DNA of 64,000 bases, taken from Candidatus Limnocylindrales bacterium. Its GTDB lineage: Bacteria > Chloroflexota > Limnocylindria > Limnocylindrales > CSP1-4. Below are positions 9,329-21,613 of this stretch, piece after piece. The stretch is taken from the NCBI GenBank assembly GCA_036559965.1, contig DATBSD010000136.1, forward strand, positions 1,640 to 65,639, read 5' to 3'. Both the position numbers and the translations under genes were made by a program. Under the pieces are notes generated by a model, which ran no database searches, was not told the origin of the DNA, and saw nothing but the letters and a program-made list of their open reading frames with translations. Every line of letters starts with the position of its first letter. Positions within the stretch are counted from its first letter, which is position 1.

Positions 9329-10087
9329 ATGACCGTCGCCTTGACGCAGACCGTCGGCCTGGCCGGTGCGGTCAGCCTCGTCGTCGCGACCGGCGAGCCG
9401 ATGCCGGTTTCGAGCGCCCTCGCCTGGGCGATCGGGGCGGGTGCCGTCGGGCTCCTGGGCGCGAGCGCCTTCTATCGCCTGCTGGCCGACGGGCGCATGA
9501 GCCTCGGCTCGCCGATCGTGGCCGTCATCGGCGCCGGGTTGCCGGTCCTCGTCGCCTTCCTGCTCGGCGAGCGGCTGCCGCCATCGGATGTCTTCGGCAT
9601 CGTGCTGGGCCTGCTGGCCGTCGTCCTCGTGTCCATCCCCGCCCGGTCCGCGACGAGCCACGATGGTCACCTCGACCGGCGGCTGCTCCTGCTGGCCGGG
9701 CTGGCCGGGACCGGCATCGCGTGCTTCTATCTGTTCGTCGATCGGGCCGCGGCCGACGGCGCCGGGCCGTGGTGGATCCTGGCGGCGGCACGCGGCATGA
9801 CGGTCGGCCTTGTCATGATCGGGCTGCTGGCCGCGCGGCCGGGCTGGCCCGACGTCCGCGGCAGCGTGGCCATCATCATCGCCATCGGCCTCGGCGACCT
9901 GATGGGCAACGCCTTCTTCGTGCTTGCCAACGCCCAGGGGGCCCTGTCGGTCGCCGTCGTCCTCTCGTCGCTCTACCCGGTCACGACCATCCTGCTCGCG
10001 CGGATCATCCTCCACGAGCGGTTGCGCGGTGGACAGTTGGTCGGCGTCGCGGCCGCGCTCGCCGGCGTGGTGCTCATCGCCATCTGA
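9329..10087 (+). CDS. EamA/DMT-family transporter; annotated from first ATG but true start is probably upstream
   Basis: Multi-TM, Gly/Ala/Leu-rich DMT-like sequence; the in-frame upstream translation LNPLGIAFGLLSAATWGAADFAAGLVTRRLGAF looks like a conserved EamA TM1 but I found no ATG/GTG/TTG in that frame back to at least ~9060. Confidence 0.6.
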   Translation: MTVALTQTVGLAGAVSLVVATGEPMPVSSALAWAIGAGAVGLLGASAFYRLLADGRMSLGSPIVAVIGAGLPVLVAFLLGERLPPSDVFGIVLGLLAVVLVSIPARSATSHDGHLDRRLLLLAGLAGTGIACFYLFVDRAAADGAGPWWILAAARGMTVGLVMIGLLAARPGWPDVRGSVAIIIAIGLGDLMGNAFFVLANAQGALSVAVVLSSLYPVTTILLARIILHERLRGGQLVGVAAALAGVVLIAI

Positions 10088-10165
10088 AGCCAGGCACCCG
10101 GTGGGCTACCCTGCAACGATGCGCAACCACGACCGACCACTGATGATGCGCGGGGTGGCCGGGCG

Positions 10166-11083
10166 ATGACGACGACCCAGTGGCGGACGCTGACCTACGT
10201 CCTGGCGGTGATCTTCCTGCTGCTCGTGGCGATCGTCCTCGCCATCATCCTGAGCCGGACGGGCGGCGGCCAGGAGCCGGATGCGACGGTGGCGGTGGCG
10301 ACCGCGACGGCCTCGGCAAGCTCTGGCAGTGACGCGTCCGCCTCGGCATCGCCGCTCGCCACGCCCTCCGGTGGCCCGTCGCCATCCGGACTGGTGAGTC
10401 CGACAGCGAGCGGCGCGGTCCCGCCGGCGCGCGCCATCATGCGTGGTCTGGGCGTCGACGACCCCGACCGCCCGGAGGCGACGCCCCGGGTCATCGTCTT
10501 CACCAGCGAGGGCGGCGGCGATGTGACCGCGAGGCTGCTGGCCGCGAGCGGTGGCAGGGTCGAGCTGTGCATCTATCCGGGCACGCTCGCCAAGCCGCTC
10601 GGCGATCGGGCCTGCCTGCGAAGCACGGGCGGGACGCTGACGGGCCATGCCCAGGGCAAGAAACCGTTCACCTGGACCGTGACCCTGGCAGGCGTGAGGG
10701 GCGGCACGACCCCAGCCGCCGACGTGCGCATCGACTGGCCGACCACGGCGCCGCGGCTGGAGCTGGTCGACGTCCGGCTCCAGGGCACGGGCGTCGAGCC
10801 GTACGACAGCGTGCACGTCGATCTTGGGCCGCGCCCATCGGCCGGAACCTTCCACGTCGCAGCCGACTGGAGCCCACAGGACGGCGTCGCCGACGAAGCC
10901 TATCGAGCGACGATCACGGATCGGGACACGGAACGGATCCTCGAGCAGGCAGAAGGCACCGGGTCTGCTGCCGAGCTGAGCACGGACCTTGCTGCCGGGC
11001 AGCGTGCGGCATTCGACCTCACGCTCACGGAGCCGCTCATCGTCGGATCGGTCCTCGCCGACCTCGTCCTGACCTGGCCCTGA
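10166..11083 (+). CDS. hypothetical membrane-anchored protein (N-terminal TM, Ala/Ser/Thr-rich linker, ~200-aa C-terminal domain)
   Basis: Single N-terminal hydrophobic helix LTYVLAVIFLLLVAIVLAIIL followed by low-complexity ATASASSGSDASASAS; no recognisable motif. Confidence 0.45.
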   Translation: MTTTQWRTLTYVLAVIFLLLVAIVLAIILSRTGGGQEPDATVAVATATASASSGSDASASASPLATPSGGPSPSGLVSPTASGAVPPARAIMRGLGVDDPDRPEATPRVIVFTSEGGGDVTARLLAASGGRVELCIYPGTLAKPLGDRACLRSTGGTLTGHAQGKKPFTWTVTLAGVRGGTTPAADVRIDWPTTAPRLELVDVRLQGTGVEPYDSVHVDLGPRPSAGTFHVAADWSPQDGVADEAYRATITDRDTERILEQAEGTGSAAELSTDLAAGQRAAFDLTLTEPLIVGSVLADLVLTWP

Positions 11084-11105
11084 GCGTCGCACCCGGCGCT
11101 AGCAT

Positions 11106-12209
11106 GTGGCGATGCTGACGCTCGAGACGATCAGGCGGGCGCCCAAGGTCCTGCTCCACGATCACCTCGACGGCGGCTTGCGGCCGGCCACGATCATCGA
11201 CCTGGCGGCGGAGTACGGCTACGACGGGCTGCCGACGACCGACCCCGGCGACCTGGCGACGTGGATCCGTCGCGGCGCCGACCGCAAGTCGCTCGAGCTG
11301 TATCTCGAGACATTCGCCCACACGGTGGGCGTGATGCAGGAGCGCGACGCCATCGTGCGGGTCGCCGCCGAGTGCGCCGAGGACCTCGCCGCCGACGGCG
11401 TCGTCTATGCCGAGGTGCGCTACGCGCCGGAGCTCTCGACGGACCGCGGCCTGACGCTCGACGAGGTCGTCGAGGCCAACCTCGAGGGCGTTCGTATCGG
11501 CACCGAGCGGGCGGCCGCCGCCGGCCAGCACATCGTCATGAAGGTCCTGTGTACCGGCATGCGCCAGTTCGCACGGTCGACTGAGATCGCCCAGCTGGCG
11601 CTGCGTTGGCGCGACCAGGGCGTCGTCGGCTTCGACGTCGCGGGACCCGAGAAGGGCTACCCGCCGACGCGCTACCTGGATGCCTTCGAGGCCATCCGCG
11701 GCGAGAACTTCCACATCACCATCCACGCCGGCGAGAGCTTCGGCCTGCCGTCGATCTGGGAGGCGCTCCAATGGTGTGGCGCGGAGCGGCTCGGGCATGG
11801 TGTGCGCATCGTCGACGACATCACCGTCGGCGACGATGGCGCGGTGCACCTGGGTCGGCTGGCCGCCTTCGTGCGCGACCGGCGTGTGCCGCTCGAGATG
11901 TGCCCCACGTCGAACGTCCACACCGGGGCCGTGGCCACGTTCGCCGACCACCCCATCGACCTGCTCCGGCGGCTCCGTTTCCGCGTCACCGTCAACACCG
12001 ACAACCGACTCATGAGCGGGGTCACGCTGTCGTCCGAGTTCGCGGCCATGGCCGAGACGTTCGGCATCGGCCTCGACGAGATGGAGTGGCTGACGCTGAA
12101 CGGCATCAAGAGCGCCTTCGCCCCCTTCGATGAGCGGCTCCGGCTCATCAACGGCACCATCAAGCCGACCTACGCGGCCCTGCGCGCGGAGGCCGCCGCG
12201 GTCGTCTGA
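11106..12209 (+). CDS. add: adenosine deaminase
   Basis: HDHLDGGLRP metal-binding motif, HAGE, SFGLPSIWEALQWCGAERLGHG, TDNR; 367 aa. Confidence 0.9.
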   Translation: MAMLTLETIRRAPKVLLHDHLDGGLRPATIIDLAAEYGYDGLPTTDPGDLATWIRRGADRKSLELYLETFAHTVGVMQERDAIVRVAAECAEDLAADGVVYAEVRYAPELSTDRGLTLDEVVEANLEGVRIGTERAAAAGQHIVMKVLCTGMRQFARSTEIAQLALRWRDQGVVGFDVAGPEKGYPPTRYLDAFEAIRGENFHITIHAGESFGLPSIWEALQWCGAERLGHGVRIVDDITVGDDGAVHLGRLAAFVRDRRVPLEMCPTSNVHTGAVATFADHPIDLLRRLRFRVTVNTDNRLMSGVTLSSEFAAMAETFGIGLDEMEWLTLNGIKSAFAPFDERLRLINGTIKPTYAALRAEAAAVV

Positions 12210-12242
12210 GGGGACCGGACGGCGGACGTCGCCTCCCGGCAG

Positions 12243-13004
12243 TCAGGAGCTCGGCCGGCCGGCCGCCGCGCGGTCGATGATCCAGGTCGCGTTCGATCCG
12301 CGCGCCAGCTGTGCCGGCAGGCGCGTCACATCGAGCTGCCCGTCGAGGACCTCGGCCACAGCGGCCGCCTTGGCCCCGCCGGTGACCATCACGAGCACGG
12401 CCCGGGCGGCGGCCACGAGACGCGGGTTGAGCGTCACCCGGGCGACGTACGGCTCGACGTGGCTCGGGGCGGGCACGTCGACCACGAGCGGTGCGTCTGC
12501 TGCGAGGGCCGGGCTGTCGGGGAAGACCGAGAGGATGTGGCCGTCGGGCCCCATGCCCAGCAGGACGAGATCGAAGACCGGCAGGCCGTCGTCGGCCGGC
12601 AGGCGCTCTCGTAGCCGAGCCGCGTAGGTCACCGCGACCCAGGCTGCGTCGTTGCCCAGCTCGGTCGCCTCGTCGATGGGGAAGGGATGGATGCGTCGAG
12701 CATCGAAGCCGAGGCCGCCTTCGACGTCCAGGATGGCCGCCGCCCCGCGCACGTTCGAGCGCGCATCGCCGGATGGCACCAGCCGTTCATCGCCCCACCA
12801 CACCTCGACCAGCCGCCAGTCGAGGGCCGCCCGGCGGGCTGGCTCGCGCAGCGCGTCGTAGAGCGCGCCGGCCGTGGAGCCACCGGTCAGCGCCAGGTGA
12901 GCCGCGCCGCGCGACTCGACGGCCCCGCCGAGGATGGCGACGACGCGATCGGCGGCCGCCTCGGCCACGGCTCGGGCATGGGGGACGACGATGAGCCGGG
13001 CCAC
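12243..13004 (-). CDS. pgl: 6-phosphogluconolactonase
   Basis: LALTGGSTAGALY, DERLVP, LLGMGPDGHILSVFP; last gene of the zwf-opcA-pgl unit. Confidence 0.85.
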   Translation of the reverse strand: MARLIVVPHARAVAEAAADRVVAILGGAVESRGAAHLALTGGSTAGALYDALREPARRAALDWRLVEVWWGDERLVPSGDARSNVRGAAAILDVEGGLGFDARRIHPFPIDEATELGNDAAWVAVTYAARLRERLPADDGLPVFDLVLLGMGPDGHILSVFPDSPALAADAPLVVDVPAPSHVEPYVARVTLNPRLVAAARAVLVMVTGGAKAAAVAEVLDGQLDVTRLPAQLARGSNATWIIDRAAAGRPSS

Positions 13005-13007
13005 GGC

Positions 13008-14246
13008 TCAGCCGCCGAGGAGCGCCACCGCCGCCATCAGCGACCGATGGAGCAGGCGATCCTGGCCGCCGTGATCGAGCGCCTCGCCGACGTACGGGGC
13101 TTCGCCGAACGCCTCGAGGCGGCCGGCACGCCGGGCGACTTCGGCACCCGACCAATCGGCGGTCGCCAGGAGGTGATCGGCCTGCCGGGTGACACGAGCA
13201 CGAACGTCGTGGCCGCGCTTGCCGAGCTCCATCTCGACGCGCACGAGCGAGCCCGGAGTGCGCAGCCGGCGGTCAGAGCCGCCCGTCACGGGACGGACCT
13301 CGACACGGACCTCGCCGCGCTCGGACCGCAGGGTGGCCGTCAGATCCTCGCTGCCTCGTCGGTGGGCCAGCGGGCTGGTCACGCTCCAACCGAGCAGGGC
13401 GGCCAGCCAGCCGGCGTAGAGCGCGGGCTTCGAGAGCCGCAGCTCGTCGCCCGGCCGGAGGACATCGAGGCGCACCACGCGCGCGCCGGCCAGCTCCGGT
13501 GCCAGCAGCGGATGATCGAAGAGCTCGGCCAGCAGCTCGCGCCAGAGCGTCAGGCGCATCCAGCCGATGTCGTGGACGATCGCCTCGCCCGCTGAGCAGA
13601 TGGTCGCCAGCGCCGACAGCCGGGCAGCAGCTTCGCCATGGAAGGAGCCCGTGTCGACGAGCAGCCGGTCGCAGGTCCGCAGCAGGCCGATGAAGCGATG
13701 CCTCCCGATGGGCGGATCGTCCGGCCACCAGAGGACGACCGGCAGGTCATGGATGAGCAGCGGCCGGACGAGCTCGGCGAGGTGGACGTCCATCTCGCCG
13801 CCGGTGCGCAACAGGATCTGTTCCGTGCACGTCTCCGCGCCGCTCCGCTCGGACAGGCGGCATTGCGCGTAGATGGCGGCATCCATCCAGGCCGGACCAT
13901 CGGGGTCGCCGGGGGCGATGACGAGGGCGCGTGACGGGTGCCGCGACGAGAGCTCGTTGATAGCATCCAGCGCTCGCTCGGCCGTCTCGGGGCGCTCGGC
14001 GACGACGACGAGCGTGAGCACGGACGTGCGCATGCGGACGCCCACGTCGCCCGGCTCGTCGAGCCGTCCGGCGAGACGAGGGTCGCCGCGCGCAGCGGCG
14101 AGCTGCTGAGCCGAGAGGTGCGCCTCGTGCGACTCGCGCGCGGCGGTGCTCCAGATCCGAGCCAGCTCGGACTCGATGCCGGCCACGGTCGTGGCCCGCG
14201 CGGTCCACCGTCGCGCCCCGCCGACCATGCTCAGCTGCCCGCTCAC
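13008..14246 (-). CDS. opcA: glucose-6-phosphate dehydrogenase assembly protein OpcA
   Basis: Position between zwf and pgl; start chosen at the GTG 7 nt after GGAGG (alternative ATG at 14228); OpcA-like size (~410 aa). Confidence 0.75.
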   Translation of the reverse strand: MSGQLSMVGGARRWTARATTVAGIESELARIWSTAARESHEAHLSAQQLAAARGDPRLAGRLDEPGDVGVRMRTSVLTLVVVAERPETAERALDAINELSSRHPSRALVIAPGDPDGPAWMDAAIYAQCRLSERSGAETCTEQILLRTGGEMDVHLAELVRPLLIHDLPVVLWWPDDPPIGRHRFIGLLRTCDRLLVDTGSFHGEAAARLSALATICSAGEAIVHDIGWMRLTLWRELLAELFDHPLLAPELAGARVVRLDVLRPGDELRLSKPALYAGWLAALLGWSVTSPLAHRRGSEDLTATLRSERGEVRVEVRPVTGGSDRRLRTPGSLVRVEMELGKRGHDVRARVTRQADHLLATADWSGAEVARRAGRLEAFGEAPYVGEALDHGGQDRLLHRSLMAAVALLGG

Positions 14247-14247
14247 C

Positions 14248-15878
<1,631 letters not shown>

Positions 15879-15879
<1 letters not shown>

Positions 15880-16778
15880 CAGTCGGTCTTGACGGCGTGC
15901 CCGCCGAATTGCTGGCGAAGCGCCGCCAGCACGCGTGCGCCGTAGCTCTCGTCCTGGCGGCTTGCGAAGCGGGCCAGGAGCGACAGGGTGATGACCGGCG
16001 CCGGCACATCGAGCGCCATCGCCTCGGCCACGGTCCAACGCCCCTCGCCCGAATCGGCGACCCAGCCGCGGATGTCGCCGAGGTCCTCGCCGTGCTCCTC
16101 GAACGCCCGCCCGGCCAGCTCCAGGAGCCACGATCGGATGACGGTGCCGTGCTGCCAGGCCTTGGCCACGGCCTCCAGGTCGAGCGGGTACTCCGAGGCG
16201 TGAAGGATCTCGAAGCCCTCCGCATAGGCCTGCATGAGCCCGTACTCGATGCCGTTGTGGACCATCTTGGTGTAGTGCCCGGCGCCGGGAGGTCCGGCAT
16301 GGACGTAGCCGCCTTCGGGGGCCAGCGCGTGGAAGATCGGCTCGAGCGGCTCGACGTCGGGGCGCTCGCCGCCGACCATCGTGCCGTAGCCGTTCTGGAG
16401 GCCCCACACGCCACCCGAGATACCGGCATCGACGAACCGCAGCCCGCGATCCTTGAGCAGCCCATGGCGTCGCTTGGAATCGCCGAAATTCGCGTTGCCG
16501 CCATCGACGATCCAGTCGCCCGGCGAGAGGACGGCCGCGAACTCCACCATCGTCGCCTCGGTCGCCTCGCCGGCCGGGACCATCAACCAGACGATGCGCG
16601 GCGCCGGCAGCATGGCCACGACCTCGTCGGGCGTGAACGCGCCATCGAGGCCCTCGGCCATGATCTCGCGCGTCTTCTCGGGGCTCCGATTGAAGGCCAC
16701 CACGCGATGCCCGGCACGATGCAGACGCCGGGCCATGTTGCCGCCCATGCGCCCGAGGCCGACGATGGCGAGATCCAC
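15879..16778 (-). CDS. gnd: 6-phosphogluconate dehydrogenase (decarboxylating), short ~300-aa form
   Basis: MDLAIVGLGRMGGNMARRL Rossmann N-terminus, GISGGVWGLQNGYGTMVGG, HNGIEYGLMQAYAEG. Confidence 0.85.
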
Positions 16779-16799
16779 GATGCGAGCTCCTTCCGCCGA

Positions 16800-18476
16800 T
16801 CAGCTGACGAGCGAGGCGATGAGGGTATCCAGCCCGGCGTCCGGGTCCTCGCCCAACTGGATGCGCACGACCGGCAGGCCGCGCGCGTCGAGCGACTGGG
16901 CGTCGCCGAGCGACTGGGCGTCGATGAGCATGCCGAACGTCTGACCCGATCCAGGGATGAGGATGTCGTCAGCGTGGGCGCCGACGAGCTGGATGAACAG
17001 GCCGTCGGCCGGTCCGCCCTTGTGGAGCTGACCGGTCGAATGCAGGTAGCGCGGCCCGTGGCCGAGCGTCACCGCGGCGCCCGTCCGCTCGCGGATGACC
17101 TCGCGCAGCGCGGCCAGCCGGACGTCGCGGTCGGCGTAGCGGGGCAGATACGCCTGGATGGCGACGTACCCGTCCGGCGCCAGCAAGGCGAACTGGTCGG
17201 CCAGGACCTCGGCGGCTGCATCCGCGGCCTGGGCAGCGTCGGTCGGCGCGTGTCCATCCCTCAGGGCGGCCAGGACGCGCGCCGTGGCTGCCTTGGCGAC
17301 CGCGACGTCGGGCTCATCGAAGGGGTTGATGCCCATCACGGCGCCGGCCACGGCGGTCGCGAACTGCCAGCGGAAGAACTCGCCGCCGAGGCCCTCGCCA
17401 TCCGGGATGACGAGCTCGATGACGGGGTGGCCGGCCGCCGCGATCGCATCGATGGCGCCGTCGGTCTCGGCCCGCCAGTCGCTCGCCGACTCGCGAGAGA
17501 GGCGGACGAAGACGCGATCCTCGCGGTATCGGTCGGGCGAGGCGAGCGGCTCGCCGACGACCGGCAGGATGCCCTGGCCATGCTTGCCGGTGCTCTCGGC
17601 GACGAGTTGCTCGAGCCACTCGCCGAAGCTCGCGATGGCCGGCTCGATGACGAGCGTGAGCGTGTCGCGGCCGCGGCCTGCCAGCGCGCCCAGCGTCGCA
17701 CCGAGGGCCACGCCGGGGTTGCCGGCGTCGGGCGCCTGACACGCCTCGGCCATCTCGGCGGCTTCGGCCAGCAGCGCACCGACGTCGAGGTCGAGCAGGG
17801 CTGCCGGCACGAGGCCGACGTAGCTCAGCGCGGCGTAGCGACCGCCGATGTCAGGCGGGTTGAGGAACACCGCGCGGAAGGCGCCGCTGTGGGGGATGCT
17901 GTCGACGGGCTCCTCGGGATCGCTCACGGCGACGAAGTGGTCGCCCTCCTCCTTGGAGCCGATCTCGCGGTGGGCGTCGTGCTCGAGCGCCCAGAAGTGG
18001 GCCAGGAAGGCCAGCGTCTCGGTCGTCGTGCCCGACTTCGAGGCGATGATGTAGAGGCTCGAGCCGGGCGGGAACGACTCGGTCGCCAGGGCGACGGTCT
18101 CGGGGTCGGTCGAGTCGAGGACGCCGACCGGGATGCCGGCGGGACCCATGGGATAGGCCGTGCCAAGGACCTCGGGCGCAAGTGAGCTGCCGCCCATCCC
18201 GCACACCAGGGCCCGGTCGATGCCCGCCTCGCGGATGCCGGCAGCAAATGCGCGCAGGTCGTCGGCGTCGTCGTGGAAGTGTGCCGGCGCGTCCAGCCAG
18301 CCGAGGCGCTGCCCGATGGCCAGACGGACCTCTGGCTCGTCGCTCCAGACGCTCGCGTCGTGCTGCCAGATCCGCGCCGCCCAGCCGTCGTTCACGGCCC
18401 GCTCGATGGCCGCGTCGACCGTCGGTCGGAGGCCATCCGGGATGCGGAAGCCCTCGGTGGTGGCGGCGTCGGGCAT
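16800..18476 (-). CDS. pgi: glucose-6-phosphate isomerase
   Basis: PGI family blocks (IIASKSGTTTET, GGRYSALSYVGLVPAAL-like, sugar-isomerase domains); 558 aa. Confidence 0.85.
   Translation of the reverse strand: MPDAATTEGFRIPDGLRPTVDAAIERAVNDGWAARIWQHDASVWSDEPEVRLAIGQRLGWLDAPAHFHDDADDLRAFAAGIREAGIDRALVCGMGGSSLAPEVLGTAYPMGPAGIPVGVLDSTDPETVALATESFPPGSSLYIIASKSGTTTETLAFLAHFWALEHDAHREIGSKEEGDHFVAVSDPEEPVDSIPHSGAFRAVFLNPPDIGGRYAALSYVGLVPAALLDLDVGALLAEAAEMAEACQAPDAGNPGVALGATLGALAGRGRDTLTLVIEPAIASFGEWLEQLVAESTGKHGQGILPVVGEPLASPDRYREDRVFVRLSRESASDWRAETDGAIDAIAAAGHPVIELVIPDGEGLGGEFFRWQFATAVAGAVMGINPFDEPDVAVAKAATARVLAALRDGHAPTDAAQAADAAAEVLADQFALLAPDGYVAIQAYLPRYADRDVRLAALREVIRERTGAAVTLGHGPRYLHSTGQLHKGGPADGLFIQLVGAHADDILIPGSGQTFGMLIDAQSLGDAQSLDARGLPVVRIQLGEDPDAGLDTLIASLVS
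16889..16924. repeat. in-frame 18-bp tandem duplication within the 3' end of pgi (coordinates +/-2)
   Basis: cgagcgactgggcgtcgc / cgagcgactgggcgtcga, encoding DAQSLG-DAQSLD near the Pgi C-terminus. Confidence 0.5.
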
Positions 18477-18488
18477 CGCGGTCTCCTC

Positions 18489-20636
<2,148 letters not shown>

Positions 20637-20647
20637 AGTCGGCGCCC

Positions 20648-21610
20648 GTGGACCCCCTTGGCCGACCCCGGATCGTGACGCTCGGCGACCTCATCGCGGA
20701 CGTCCTCGCGCTCGCTGGGTCGCCCGTCAGCCGGGCGACCGATACGAGCGGGCACATCCTCGTCCGCCAGGGCGGCTCGGCCGCCAACGTCGCCCGTGAG
20801 GTCGTGCGTGCCGGCGGTGCGGCCACGTTCATCGGCGCCGTCGGCCGCGACCCGTGGGGAGGACAGTTGACGCACGCCCTGCGTGGCGCTGGCGTCGATG
20901 TCCACGTCGTCGTGCGGCCGCAGCCGACGGCACGCATCGTGGCGCTCGTCGAGCCCGATGGCGAGCGCACGTTCGTGACCGATCGCGGGGCGGCCGACGA
21001 GCTGCGGGCCGGGGACGTCCGGATCGCCTGGCTTCGCGGCGCTTCCGCCCTCCATCTGCCCGCCTACTCGCTCTTCCACGGTCGCCCGCTGGCCGGTGCC
21101 GCTCGACGAGCCGCAGGATCGGCGAGGTCCGGCGGCGGCGCCGTGACCGTCGATCTCGCATCCAGCGGACCGATCCTCGCACTCGGTGCTGCGGAAGCGT
21201 GGCGACGCGTCGCCGACGTCGAGCCCGATGTCCTGTTCGGCAACGCCGCCGAGACGGCGGCCGTCCTCGACGGGCGCCCCGAGACCGACCTGCTCCGCCT
21301 GGCGCGGATCGTCGTCATCAAGCTCGGCGCAGCTGGCTGCCGCGTGCTCGTCAGGCCCGTGCCTGCTGATGGCCCCTCGGCGCGGGCGAGTGCGCTGCCC
21401 CGGGTGCTCGCTGTCTCGACGCGATCCCTGGAGTCGCGCGACACGACCGGCGCCGGCGATGCCTTCGCGGCGGGCTTCCTCGTCAGCTGGCTCAGAGCGC
21501 CAGGCGAGCACCGCCACTCGGCGACCGTCCTGCGCGCGGCGGCCCGTGCCGGCCATCGGGCGGCATATCGCCTCCTGCGCACGGCCGACCGCGCCGCGAT
21601 CCTGGCCTAG
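20648..21610 (+). CDS. PfkB-family carbohydrate/nucleoside kinase (ribokinase-like; possibly pseudouridine kinase)
   Basis: GGSAANVA and C-terminal [14 protein letters not shown] anion-hole motif of the ribokinase/PfkB family. Confidence 0.75.
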   Translation: MDPLGRPRIVTLGDLIADVLALAGSPVSRATDTSGHILVRQGGSAANVAREVVRAGGAATFIGAVGRDPWGGQLTHALRGAGVDVHVVVRPQPTARIVALVEPDGERTFVTDRGAADELRAGDVRIAWLRGASALHLPAYSLFHGRPLAGAARRAAGSARSGGGAVTVDLASSGPILALGAAEAWRRVADVEPDVLFGNAAETAAVLDGRPETDLLRLARIVVIKLGAAGCRVLVRPVPADGPSARASALPRVLAVSTRSLESRDTTGAGDAFAAGFLVSWLRAPGEHRHSATVLRAAARAGHRAAYRLLRTADRAAILA

Positions 21611-21613
21611 GGG

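Noticed and set aside
12210-12242. Possible bidirectional terminator in the 33-bp gap between convergent add and pgl
   Set aside because: Only a 5-bp GGCGG/TCGCC stem could be drawn; too weak.
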